A stretch of 64,000 nucleotides of DNA, from NCBI GenBank assembly GCA_023213395.1, contig CM041465.1, positions 90,093,741 through 90,157,740 on the forward strand, in the 5' to 3' direction. Position 1 is the first letter of the stretch; each line of letters starts with the position of its first letter. Made by a program: the position numbers and the translations under genes. Positions 12,254 through 25,551 of this stretch are shown piece after piece. The notes below the pieces were generated by a model. It had not been told where the DNA came from. It made no database searches and saw nothing but the letters and a program-made list of their open reading frames with translations. The DNA comes from Cycas panzhihuaensis (lineage: Eukaryota > Plantae > Cycadophyta).

Positions 12254-15200
12254 TGTTTCACTATGACCAACCTTTTTCAGCATGATTAGGTTCATGTCTT
12301 GATTTATTTCCTCAAGTTGTTTACTAGTTAAGGTTTGTATTCTTTTAACTGATTTCATTTAGTTCTACTTTAGTTATTGTTTGATAAGGACAGGTTTGGT
12401 TAGGACATGTTAAGCATTTAGCACTTTGTTTTAAGTCATTAGATTTGAAGAATTGTAAATTGGATGATTGATTATGTGTGACTGTGATAATCATTATATA
12501 CCAATAATTGATCATACGATGCAATTTTATACTCTTATATAACATGGTCTATGAAACTGCTCCAAGCCTTACCTATTTATTCTTTTTTCTTAATATTATC
12601 AAGTTTATAATCCATTTCTATCTTATTTTCACTACTATTTGAAGTTTTTTTTTCTTATTCAGGTCTCCATTTAAGTTAATACTACATTTAAAAGGCCTAT
12701 CAAACTTATTCTCTTAGTTTTTGTTTCTTTTTTAAACTTTTTTGGGACTTTCTATACTATCATGTTTTTGGTGTTTCCAAAAATGTGATAATACAAATAA
12801 AACATGATAGGCTCTCACGATTTACATTTTATTTCTATTATTGCATTTTGTATTTTATTTATAATGTCATATTTTTAGTTCACTATTGTATTTTAAACTG
12901 TTATATCCTTAAATTAAGAAATAGAACATAAAAATCATATTGATTTCAAACTAATTTTAGCCCAAATTTATAGGCTAGTATCTACCCACCTACCCTAACT
13001 TATCCATGTTAATTTCACCTTTCCTCATGCAAGATTTGGTTGAGAAAATTTACCTAAATCATGGAAAAAAACCATGGTTTTTGCCTTCATCCTTCTCCTC
13101 CTCTTTTTCTATAAACTCTTGTTTAGTTTCAAAGCATGGGAGATAGTCACTTACATAATGAAGTGTTGCCAAAATCTTATTAGGACCTCTTTCTAGTGGT
13201 TTGTTTCTCATTAGAGTGGATTTAAAGCCTTCTTCCTAGAAGTTTATGAAGTCTATTGGAAGGATTGGAAGTCTATCTTTAGCCCAATTACTTCTCTATT
13301 CTTAAATTCACCTCTCTTCATCCACCTATTGGGCCATCTTCTTTCAGTTTTCCATTAATTTTAAGCATAATCTTCTCTCCTACAATACTTGTCATTGTCA
13401 AGTTTTCTCTCTTTCACAATATTTGGAGCATTTTTATAGTATTTTAAAAAAGGACATCACATTAATCTGAGGCTCACCACACTTATATATCACCAGATTT
13501 GAAGTTTCTTTTATAATTAAGTACTGATTTTATTTATTATAGTAGTTTCTTTTACTTTAACACAAAAAAAAGGTAAAAAAGAAAGAAAAATATTCCATTA
13601 TTGTTTATTGTTATTTCCTTCAATATTTGGTCTTTTCATTAAGAGAGATCATTTGGGAATTAAACCAATTTTGATCTCCATCTCATTCCTCATCATTACA
13701 ACACTAAAAAGGGGTCAATTTATGGGATGAACTAATTTTAATCCACGTATTGATTATTGTCAAATTGAATCACTTTTCACCCTATATTATTTTTATTTAT
13801 AATCTATAAGGAAGTTAGCCCAAAAAGGGTTAAAAGAATTAAGCAAACTCTTTGTAGAGATATAAAAGATAAGAAAGATACCTCTTTTTAATTGAGTGCC
13901 CATACTCTCTTCCATAGAGTTTTGGGTAATTCATAGCAATTATTTGCTATCAAAATTCCTCAGGTGTAGTAGAAATAATGCTAGAATTTTAATACATTTT
14001 TCCAAGTCATATTTAGATTTTCTTTTAAATATGATAATTTAAGCATCCAATGCTATTGCTTGTTTAGTTAATTAGCTTCAGTCTAAAGTGGTTATGATCA
14101 AAAGAAGAGGAGATTATTACTTTATAGTACTATTATAAGGTACTGACTTCATCCTTGCTCTTTATAACTTTTCATATTCTCCTTAAAACTACCCAAATGA
14201 AAATGAGAAAGGAAAAGGAAAATGAATGAATCTCTACATATGTTACTTATTGAATCATTGATTGAAGTGTTCTCTTTCCTTACTTGAAAGAAAGAGAGAA
14301 TGAGAAGTGAGCTCATTATTTGGATCAAGGTTGCAATTATAACTTTTGTTGATTATCAAGTTCCTTCATATTCTAGTGAGTAAATCATAAAACAATTGAA
14401 AATAATGTAAAAGAACTGCAACTTAGATAATCATAAGTATAATGAAAGAACTTAGAGTTATTTTTTCTTATGTGCCTAGTTAACTCTTTATAATTCATTA
14501 AAATAAAACAAAAAGAAAAGGAGAAAATAAAATATATCTACTTATGCATGGTTCAATTAGTATGTCATATGCATGAGTGTTATATGCATTCAATTAATCT
14601 TGCATCCTAAATTTGAATATAGGTTTGATTTTCTCTTGCTTGGTCACCTTAAGTTAGGTCACATCCCTCTACTTAAGACTTGCTTGATCACTCAAGACTT
14701 TGCATCCCTAATGTACAAACTTATCCTCTCTTAGAGGCAAATGGTTCTCATTGTTAGGAGTCTTTTTATTAACTAGGACTTGACATCCTTAGTATATAGA
14801 CTACTCCTTCCTTGAGATTATTTCTTTGCAATCATGTTATGAATGTTAAAGGAGATGTCTTGCTATTATCCTTTATATTGAGGGTTGCTTTCTCCCTTTT
14901 TTTTTCACGTCTAAGTGTGAAAACTCATTAGAATTAGATGGAATCATCCCTAGGTCATTCATCCTTATAGATGGATCATCACTAGGTGAGGGAGTCCCCA
15001 ATGGTTGACCTACACTAGGGTTATTAACCCAGGCTCCAAGCTCTCCTGGATCCTCACACTTGTCAATCCTCCTGGTCCTTAGCTAATGCAATATTATTTA
15101 CTCTTTTTTGGTTAGTATAGAAATCTAGGTTAGAATTTTATCTATAAGAGGGCTTTAGAGTAGGAAAATTAGAAATCTAAGATATTTTCTTTAAGGTAAG

Positions 15201-15501
15201 GACATCTAATGATCTTTCCACCAATTTGAAACCTATTTTGACCTCCCTAAAGTTAAGGGGAATTTTGATTCACCTATTTGCTTAATTTAAATGATATTAT
15301 TTATTAGACTTTATTTAATTGTATTATACATATATAAAGTAGCTTAATTTATAAGCTAGCCTAATTCATACATTTTTCATTTAGCACATAAGCAAAATAA
15401 CACCTTTATTCTTCAAAGAGATTAGTTGAAGGTCTACCCTTGAGTCACATCACCTTTGATCCCTTTCATTTAGGACCCAATAAACAATTTACCCTAAGAC
15501 A
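12254..15501 (+). repeat. 5' LTR of Tat element (~3.25 kb)
   Basis: Colinear with 36507-37385 + 50540-52106; TG...CA termini. Confidence 0.82.
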
Positions 15502-15512
15502 CAAAATAATTC

Positions 15513-15530
15513 TAGTGACCATACTAGGGA
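15513..15530 (+). promoter_or_regulatory. Degenerate primer binding site, tRNA-Arg-like
   Basis: tagtgaccatactaggga reads as TGGCGACCACACTGGGGA after reversing C>T/G>A changes; lies just after the LTR end, and Ogre/Tat elements commonly use tRNA-Arg. Confidence 0.6.
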
Positions 15531-15725
15531 GTTGTTAAAGTTTCCTAATCATATATTTTAGACTTGTATCTTGCACACTCACTTAAGATCCTTTACAAGA
15601 TATCCTTGCTTAGTTGGTTTTGTAGCAACACCCTTGCATCATCATTTGGGTAAGACCTTTTATTCCCATTTAGGGTTCCTATCCTTTCCTTTAGCTTAAA
15701 TTACCAACTTTGCATTCCTATTTTG

Positions 15726-18700
15726 ATGGAGATTCCTTCACTTTTTATTCAGCTTAAGAGATCAAGGAGGCAACAAGGCCTCTCTCCTTATGATTCTGAG
15801 TATGAACATTGTCAAGACTATGAAGCTCAAGAAGGATATGTGTCTTACAAGAGCTCTCCTAGTTATGAGGGTTATAAGATACATTTTCATCCTCCTTAAG
15901 GTTTAATGGATTTATACAAGGTCCCTATAGAGCAAGATTATTGTGAATACCCCAAGCCAGAATTAGTGGATCCTCCATTGGAAACATTTACTTATATTTG
16001 GGAAGAGGTACATGTAGATCACATTTCCCATCCCTTTACCTAACCCTTGCTAACAAGGGTCTACTCTCCTATTCTTATAGAGTATTAGGATCCCTTTCAC
16101 TAGGATATTCATAATATATCACTACCTACTCATCTGCCCCTTGATTAGAATTAAGAGCAATTTGAGCCACCGCTTTAGGAGTATCATCCCCCACTTATTG
16201 ATCATCCTTATCCCACTCTTTCTCCTACCCCAAAGGCACCTTTTGTTCCCCCTAATGAGGCAAGAGATACCAAGTCACTTCACTCTTAAGCCCAAAGACA
16301 AGTTGATGCCATGCAAGGAGCATCATAAGTTCTTATGATGCTCCTTGTTTTATTTGATGTCCCACTTAAGAGTACTAATCAAGACTAATATCTTACTTTA
16401 GGGTATGTCAACCAACCATCCACATCATATCAGTTCACTCATTCTAGACCTACTAGTGGATTTTCTCCTCTATGTCATCGTAGACTCCCTTATACTACCT
16501 TGCAGGTTTCTCCCATAAGTACTATCCTTTCTCATGGTGCTTCCCACCTTAACCAAGGGAATTCTTTTCCTCCACCTCATTAAACTATAATATATAATAT
16601 AAGACCTCCATCCTCTTACTCTTATAAAGGACCTACACCATTTACTACTCCATTCCATACACATTATGCCTGTGTTGGAGCATAACACTTGTAGAGTAAC
16701 CCTTACACTTAAGTTCCTCATATTGACCCTCACATCCCTTAGTAATAGATACTTAGGGAAACTGGAGGGCCCATAGTATCTAATGGTCCTAGACTTATTT
16801 ATGTGTAGCAGTCATACCCATAACATACAATTCTCCTTCTATAATATATTCCTTCATCTTAATAATACCATATCCCCCAAACAAAAATGCACCTTAACCC
16901 TACTACGTGGTTCACTCCTTCTCATCCTCTATATCCTTAACCTCCACATTACAAGAAACCCTTATATGGCCCCTCCATTGCTCATCAGTAGCCTCCTTAT
17001 TAACCCCTCTCTATGTTAAGGACCAAGAGGCCATTTGTAGACTACATGAGAAATCCATTCCTACAACAATTCCTCCTTATATCAATGCCCCCATTTGTCC
17101 TTGAGTTACTAAAATTCTCGAGAGAATTAACACAAGATTATATTGGACATGTTCAAGCCTTTATACTTGCATGTCTTAACTTCATACCATATGAATATGT
17201 CATGATGAAATTGTTTCTAAAATCACTTCAAGGTGACACTTTGAAGTGGTTCTATCACCTTCAACCTATTTACTTTTTATATTCTATTAATTACTTAATG
17301 CTTTTATTAGCTATTTTAATGTTACTAGGCCCTTCAAAACATACACCAAGTCTCTTCTATCTATGAAATAAAATAATGACAAATCATTTTGTAACTTCGT
17401 AAGACAATTCCAAGACCTAGTCCATGCTTTCCATTCTCACCTTCACTTAAGTCTCCTCTTTGATGTATTTACCAATGCTTTGAGGCCCGATGTCCACTTA
17501 AAGGTTCTTAAACTTGTCCCCTAAACTTATAAAGAAGTCATTGACAATTGTTTGGCTCTTAAAGCCTTTAAGATTCAAGCAAGAATCAAGACAATTAGCA
17601 AGCCAACTTTGCCAAAAGGACTCCTCCCAAACATCTAAACCTACTTAAGGCAGTCGTACATATAATCATCTTACATCTTCTATTAAAGCCCTTAAGCATA
17701 CCATCAACACCAAGCTGTGTGTTAAAAACTCCTCCACTCCTAACCTAAAATAAAAAACTAAAGGTATCCATTATGCCAAAGGGAAAAAATAATAAGACCC
17801 TCTTTCCCCCCTATTAAAAAGGGCTCCTTGGTATTCTTGGCACCAAATTGATACTCATGATCATGATGAGTATTGTATGGTTTAGGCAATGGGTTAACCA
17901 ACCCAAAGTAATAATAATCCCACTTCTAAGCATATTTAAGATTAATTAATTCACAAAGACCCTTTACCTAACCACAACATAATATACACTAAGCATAAAA
18001 GTAAAGGAAAGGCTACATAAGATGACATTAGTGATAATGAGAGCTTAAGTTTAAGGATTAATAAGAAATATACCACCTTACCTAAGGGTGGGGGCAAGCA
18101 AGCTAACAATCAAAATAGGCCACCTCCCAAAGGTGGCAAGACTAAGAGGATAATTAATATGGTAAAGGTAATGAAGAACCTAACTTTAACTAAATTTATT
18201 GAAGATTTGCAACCTAAACCTCTAGAATCCTTACCTCTTGTGCCACCTAAATCCATTTATTTTATATCCATCCCCTCCACCATAAAAGATTGATCTGTTT
18301 TATTAGTCGATGAGTTGAAGAATATCCCTACCAGTATTTTGATAATAAACTTATTAAGGAGTTGCCCAAAGTAACATCAACTCTTACTTGACATATTAGG
18401 GGTCCCTACTCCCAATTCCCCAACAAGTCTTTCCCTCTCTTTTAAACCTTCCTTCTTGTTGAATATGAAGAAGAGGAACCTTAATGATATTCCTTTCTTT
18501 AACATTAAAATCAGTAAAGCTAAAATTAACATTCAACATGTTATTGTTGATGAAGGTTCATTAGTTAACATAATCCTCTTTCACATTATAAAGGATTTAG
18601 ATATTACCATATATAAACTTTGTGAATGGATTTATCAAGGATATAATAAGAACCAAAAAGTACCAATAAGGCAAGTCACTCTCCCCCTCACCTTATAAGG

Positions 18701-19531
18701 GAAAATAGTTATGGTCAACCTCACTATCATAGACCTTTACTTAGAAAGCAATATCTTGTTAGGGGATCCTTAGATTAATTAGATGTTTGTTATTTATCCC
18801 TCACTCTTTGATGAGCTCAAATTCAATTATGAGAGAGAGTTAAAGGTCATTAAATGAAAGAACAGATTGGTCATGTAATGTATTCCACTTCTAGAAACTA
18901 TTATAGAAATAAGAGAGCCTTCCAACTCTTTTGAGTACTTTTTCCAATCTTTGGATTTTTGGCAATACTTTATCCCTAAATCTCTTCCAACACCTATATA
19001 AAATGTTAAGAGTTTTAATATGATTAATACCATTTTCTCATGGGAAAACTATTCTTTGAGTCAATCCTATGAGGAAATATTTCACAACACCTTGGAGCCT
19101 TTTTCTATATACACTTTTACCCCTATTAAATAGGATTTATGCCTTTGCTTTAGGAGATACTTAATCAATCCTACTCAAGTGGTACAAGGCTCAATCCATC
19201 AACCCTCCTCATCTTTATATCATATTAATGATGATGGCAGTGTGCTTCAAGATAGTCCTCTCTTGTATTAGGAAATTGCTTCATTAGGCTCATCCTCTAA
19301 TGAGTCAAATTTTAGGCATGTCCTTTGCTTACATCGTGTAAAGGATACCCTGGTCACCATTATGCTTATTCCTCCTCCTTCCCAATAGGTATATTCTTCT
19401 CTAATCACTACTCCCTCTTTTAATAAGCCATCTTATCTTAATTCTCCTTTTTAGATAGCTCAACTCAACTGACCTGATAAGAAACTTCTTATACATCAAC
19501 ATCTTGATCTCTTACCTTTAGAAGATAAAAT
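15726..19531 (+). pseudogene. Tat gag-protease (degenerate)
   Basis: PPFVLELLKFSRELTQDYIGHVQAF..KLFLKSLQGDTLKWFYHL (ORF 17013-17366); WHQIDTHDHDEYC knuckle at ~17835-17875; IQHVIVDEGSLVNII (18456-18698). Confidence 0.85.
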
Positions 19532-21262
19532 TATTAAAATAGGTACCTGAATTACTCTAATACCATGTTAAAATAAGTATGGAATATTGAGATTAGTTCC
19601 AATTCCATAAGATAATAACATTCAATAATATTGAAGTATAAACTCATGAGTATGTACACATAGCGAATTAATCAACATAATTATCAAACATGTAAAGTAA
19701 GCACCACAAGATGGACACTAAGATTTATATGTGAAAAATCCATTGTGGGAAAAACCATGAGAAAAGATGGAGTTAGGACTCTACTTATGATCATAAGGTT
19801 TATATATTTCTCCTCTCTCCTTGCTCTATCCTTTCTCAAGTTCATAAGTGGTGAGTGTATATATATATAATGAGATCACCTCATGAGTAGCTTATCAAAT
19901 ATAATGAGCCTTTACATCATCCAATAAAGAGATAACATGGATATGTATGTAACTCACATATCTCCATATAAGTGAATGGTGGGAAGGATATGTGTACAAT
20001 AAACTCATATTAAACATTATGTTTTAACATCCCCCCATAATGTTTAATGCTACTTATCTTGATCTCAAGTCTTCATGTCTTCAACCTATATGTTAGAACC
20101 TATAACCTATAATTATATCATATATGTAGTATCACCTATAACTTATAATAAATTATAATCATATATGTGTCTCCATTAAGTATTAACCTATATAAAATTA
20201 ATATATATGAAGTGTTTTGTACATATCTTTATATCTTAACTTGTATGGTTGCTTTCAATCAACATTAAGTTAGAAGATCAACATTATATTAACCTTTCAT
20301 CAAATCAAGAGATAAGCAAAGTGATGTCTAAGTCCATATAAAACAATGACCATCTACCAAAATGCATGGAAAACCAACCACTATAATCACTAATTCACAA
20401 GGAAATTACTTCAAGTACATGGTTTAACATCCTTCTAAATTGCTTGTAGGGATAACACAATTAAGTATGTTATATAAGTGTAGCATCAACTAAGTTAGGT
20501 TGATAGTTAGATCTCATCTTAAACAATCAACTCTAAAATAAGTTGAACTAGCTAGCCAAGGTAATGTAACTTGTACTCAACATCTAACTGGATAGCATTG
20601 ATAACCAAGTGGATCATAAGAAATTTCTTCAACAACCAGGTGATCTATATGTTTGGTTAGGGATTTTTCCATCTACTAAAGCAAATGTGATGTTGCCAAG
20701 GGGAAAATGAAAAGCCAGGATATCAAAGATATCTTATATCATAACTTCATCAAATGTTTCTCACTTAATGAATTTTTTCAAGTGAATTGGGCCTTAAAAT
20801 ATTATAAATGGCCCTTAAAATGCTTAATTTTAAACCAAACTTTAATTATCCTCCACTATTCCTCAAAAATAACTCAATCATCATGTTTGGAGCCATAGAA
20901 AACATTAGAATTAACTAGAATTTTCTTGAAAATAAATTTAGAATTAATCTAAAATAAGGTTTGGACCTTTTATATTAAATTTACCCTAAATTTTCTCTAT
21001 CATCTACTATGCAAAGTAGGTCATACAACCACTTGTTTCAACTGTTTCAAAGTCTACTTTCTAATGTAATAGATGGCACCTAATTTTGATACATATATGA
21101 GAAGATATGAAAGAAAATGTGCTAGTGACTTATTAAAATTGTACGATCTTTAAGAAAATGGAAATGGATCTAAAATCTTATTAAAATCGAAATACAAATT
21201 TTGAAAAAGTAAAAATTATCCAATCCAATTTCTAAAAAATTAAAATCTACCCTTTTGAGGAT

Positions 21263-24200
21263 TATTGAAATATGTGTACATACTGACTAATGTAAAGTGG
21301 ACCCTATTTATGTGCCTAATTATATAGAGAATATTCTTGAGAGTAGTGAGTTGATGGATGTAAAATATAATTATATTTGGCACTTAAGATCTATAAATAT
21401 AGATCAAAGTCCAAACTTTATATGATGCTAGATTTACAATAATGTGAATAATATTATTTTATGGATTTTCACTCGTAAGGGTTTCCCATGGTAATCTAGT
21501 GTCCCATGTGATCTATTTCTGATGTGATCTGCCTAATGTGAAAGATCTTGTCAATCTTGTTTGCTTTTGTTTGTGTTTTCCAATGTGGTATCAAAGCTTG
21601 TAGTTCATGCATAAGGAGAGGATCATTGTCGAATGGTCCAATCGATAGTGCCAAGTCATGTTGGCTTGCCCTAAGTGGATTGGCATGTCTAATGACCCTA
21701 TAGAACTACCATGGAGGTGTAGATGATTATTGAGTGATCATGGTAGCCTTCTATATTTATTTGTAGGTATTCTAAGCTCTATGGATGTGTGGAAAATCAT
21801 GCAAGCCTTGTGACTCTGTTGCCAACTATTTAAGCCTCATTTAAGCCTGTCAAAGGTGATAAATCCCTATTTGAAGGTGCCACTAAGTTTGTAATAGCAT
21901 AGAATAGCATAGCCACCCGTGGAGTGAATATTTGTAGCCCTGGTGCTCTGTAGAAGTATTTGCAGTATTGGTTGCCATCATGACATCCTCCCATAGAGTT
22001 GTAGAGTTTGTAAGTATGTATTATGACTAATATATAGAGGTATTCTCATTATATATTCACCTAGTTAATAAATATTAGGATTTAAATGAATATCTAATGC
22101 TCTATGTGACATATTAATATTTGTTCCTTGTATATTCTACATTGTTGGGGTGTGTCTTCTCACAAACTCTCCTTGAGATAGCAAAAAAAATGGCAATCAC
22201 AACCACTTTGTTCTATTTAATAGGGCAAAAAAATTAACAAAGAATCTCACAAGAATACAAGAGCACCAAATGATCACCAAAATAGATAGTACTACAGCAT
22301 AATCTTTATAAAAGTTACATTAAGCTAACCATCATTTACAATCTATGACCCTTATATAGACAAAGGAGGGTCTTTCACATGTAATCTTATTGGTGGCCTA
22401 AGCAACCTTACATTCTATTGGACGACATAGCAACCTTACGTACCATTGTCCAGCTTATTGGCTCATGTATGAAGTTCCATAATTAACTTTATCTCTTAAC
22501 CTTCTGATAGCTCTTCGTATAATAGTATTTTACAAACTTAACGAGATGAGTTATGTAACAATTGCCAACTGATATATTGTGTCACCCTTTATATTATTAG
22601 TCGTCCATGAATATATCTTTCTAGTACAACATTTACATGATGTATAAGTCAGATATATGGTTCATCATATACTTTTTATCATGTTGTGGTATATATATAT
22701 ATATATTATCGTTGACTGGTTAATATATAGTAAAGTTATTTATTGACATATTATTTGTGTCACTTGTTACTTATTGCCATCATTCATCTGGTTAATATGT
22801 ATAACACCAAGCCTAAGTGAATAAGATTATGCCACCATATATGTCACCCTACATATAATATATATGGAGCAACGTTGGTCTTATAGATGCTTGTTTGAAT
22901 TTGTAGTCCCATTGGCTTGAATGCTCGGATTTGATATGTTTGCCTACATATTTATTAACATGGCTATTGATATTTTTTTGGTTGTGTGTAATATATAATG
23001 TCACTTGTTCCATGGATGTTGAAAATTCTTCAATCCATGAATATTTATTTGTAGTTGTGAATATTTCAAATTACCTTTCTTTATATAATTTTTTCATATG
23101 TACTAAGTCACCCATTGATATATGCATCACCGATAAATAAATTATTTTGTATAGTGTTCACCGTGATATCATCATGGAAATTTAATTTATAAAGTAGGGC
23201 TTGATATCTTATATATTCTATCAATTTGGCCCTTTATAAATATACCCTTTTTATTAAGGTTTCTTGCTCTTTGATCAAATAGTTTTAAAGTCATTAATTG
23301 TTGATATCAATAATGGCTTTTTTATGGTAATTCTATCAAAATTTTATGTGGCTATTTAGATATTAGATGTTTAATATATCTCTATATGATATTTGACTCT
23401 CTTTCTTTAAGTGAGCATACTAAGAGATGATATAAGACATGTATGACCTTCATGAGGTGTTGTATGATGTTCCCTTGCATGTGAGTGCATGAGAGAGCTT
23501 GTGAGGCAAGGTGGTGATATTTGAGACTCTCTAGAGTGTGATTTATATGGGAGAGTGAGTTAGATGAAGAGGTGATTATTGGTTCTCTTGTATGTGTTTG
23601 CATGAGAGAGTTGTTGTGATGATGTCAGGGCATGGTTGATGGGCATGTGTTGGGTGAGTTTGAGGGCGAGAGATGAGCGAGTAAGGGTGAGCTAAAGCAG
23701 AGAAGTGTGTGACATACCTTAGTTATATAATAATGCAAACTCGGTTACTATTGTTAAGTATGGCATAGATCATTACACAAAGTTCATATATATGTAGGGT
23801 GATTGTTAGCTATGATGAATCATTATACTTTACTAGTTGGACTGATGATAGCATGAAGGTTTGTGTCTTGTTTTGATGTTGGTTCAACATGGGTACATAT
23901 TTGAATAAGTCTGATGTGGAACTGAGATAGTATACTTGATGAAATTTAAAGTGTGAATGGAAAGGTCTAAGATGAGAAGCCTTAAAACCAACTATTCCTT
24001 TATCACAGTATGTATAGTTGTCCTATAAGGTTGCATTGTAGGTGAGTATCATGATGTAAATGGTAAGGTTGATACATGTTGTGATTTACCTCCCATGTTT
24101 TGTTGATAGAAGTTGTAATAGACAGGTATTGGGTACCCTTGTTGTGACTGTTTGTGGCATATTTTCCCCTCTTATTGTGTGTTTAGACTAAGTCCAAAGC

Positions 24201-25551
24201 CTTTGATTTGTTTCCCTTTAGTGCATTGGAGTGCATACATCTTAGATAAATATTGTAGTAGTAGGATTGTAAGAGTTTGAAGCCTATGGGTTGTTTAGCT
24301 TACAAATAGTATGATCTGTAGGGGAAATGTATTATAATCAGTCTAAATATTGATTCAAGAGTTGTTGATGTATCATGTTAAGTGTCATCTAATTACAAGT
24401 TTTATCCTTTATTGCTTCACTTTTCTAAGCTATGATTCAGTAGATGTGGAGGTTTATTTACCTAACATTATGCTTGAGATGGAAGCACGACCTAACGAAA
24501 GATTGATGATGATGAGTTGTTAGATGAAGAGACATGGATTGCAACCCCATGTTTTGTTAATGGTTGAAGACTTACAAGATGATTAATAATCAAGGATGAG
24601 CATGCTAGTCAAAGCTTGAGATAGATGCTAACACTACAGTGAGTGATGATTCGCAATGGAGAGTTGTATTAAACCAAAGCACCTAGTCAGTTTGCAAGTT
24701 GGTAAAGCTTATTGCGTAGACAATTTCTAATAGGAAGAAGGATTAAGGTATGAGGAGACATTTGCACCTGTCTCTATGTTCATTCATCCATTTAATCCTT
24801 ACTTTAGCAGCTTCAGGTGATTGGGTGTCATATCACATCATATCAGTATTCCTTAATAAAGACTTGAAGAGGAGATTTACATGGCTCAAGTGGCTCAAGC
24901 TCTTAATTTAGTCAAAAGAATATGGTTGGCTTGTATAGACAAAGCATCAAGTGCTGAGAGAGTTGTATGGTTGTAGGGACCTTTGGAGTCACATCCAAAG
25001 AATCAAGCACATTTGAGGCATAAGCACCATTACATCTGAAAGAAGATCATATCATGGAAGATGTAGGTTGAAGATTATCTAAGTAGAGATCAACTTATGG
25101 ACGTGTTCACCAAGCTCAAACTAAAGATCACTACATTGGTGTTCGTGTATATTGGGTAAGGTTATCCTTGATAGGGGATCTATTCCTGATGATAAACCTT
25201 ATTACCCCACAATTATATTAAGAGGGGATGTTGGAATATGTGTACATACTAACTAATGTAAAGTGGGCCCTATTTATGTGCCTAATTATATGGAGAATAT
25301 TCTTCAGAGTAGTGAGATCATGAATATAAAATGTAATTATATTTGGCACTTGAGATCTATAAATATAGATCAAAGTCCAAACTTTACATGATGCTAGATT
25401 TGCAATAATGTAAATAATATTATTTTATGGGTTTTCACTCGTAAGGGTTTCCCACAGTAATCTAGTGTCCCGTGTGATCTATTTCTATTATGATTTGCCT
25501 GATGTGAAAGATCTTGTTGACCTTGTTTGCTTTCATTTATGTTTCCTAATA
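21263..25551 (+). mobile_element. Internally deleted Ty1/copia element C' (LTRs 21263-21585 and 25229-25551)
   Basis: Perfect TSD aggat/aggat; PBS tggtatcaaagc 21586-21597; PPT aagagggga; eroded RT (YEETFAPV at ~24750) and RH (QLMDVFTK at ~25090) remnants. Confidence 0.92.
22143..22631 (-). mobile_element. Probable solo LTR inside C'
   Basis: Terminal inverted tgttg...caaca and LTR-like composition; TSD ambiguous (tacat on both sides only with a 2-nt offset). Confidence 0.5.
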
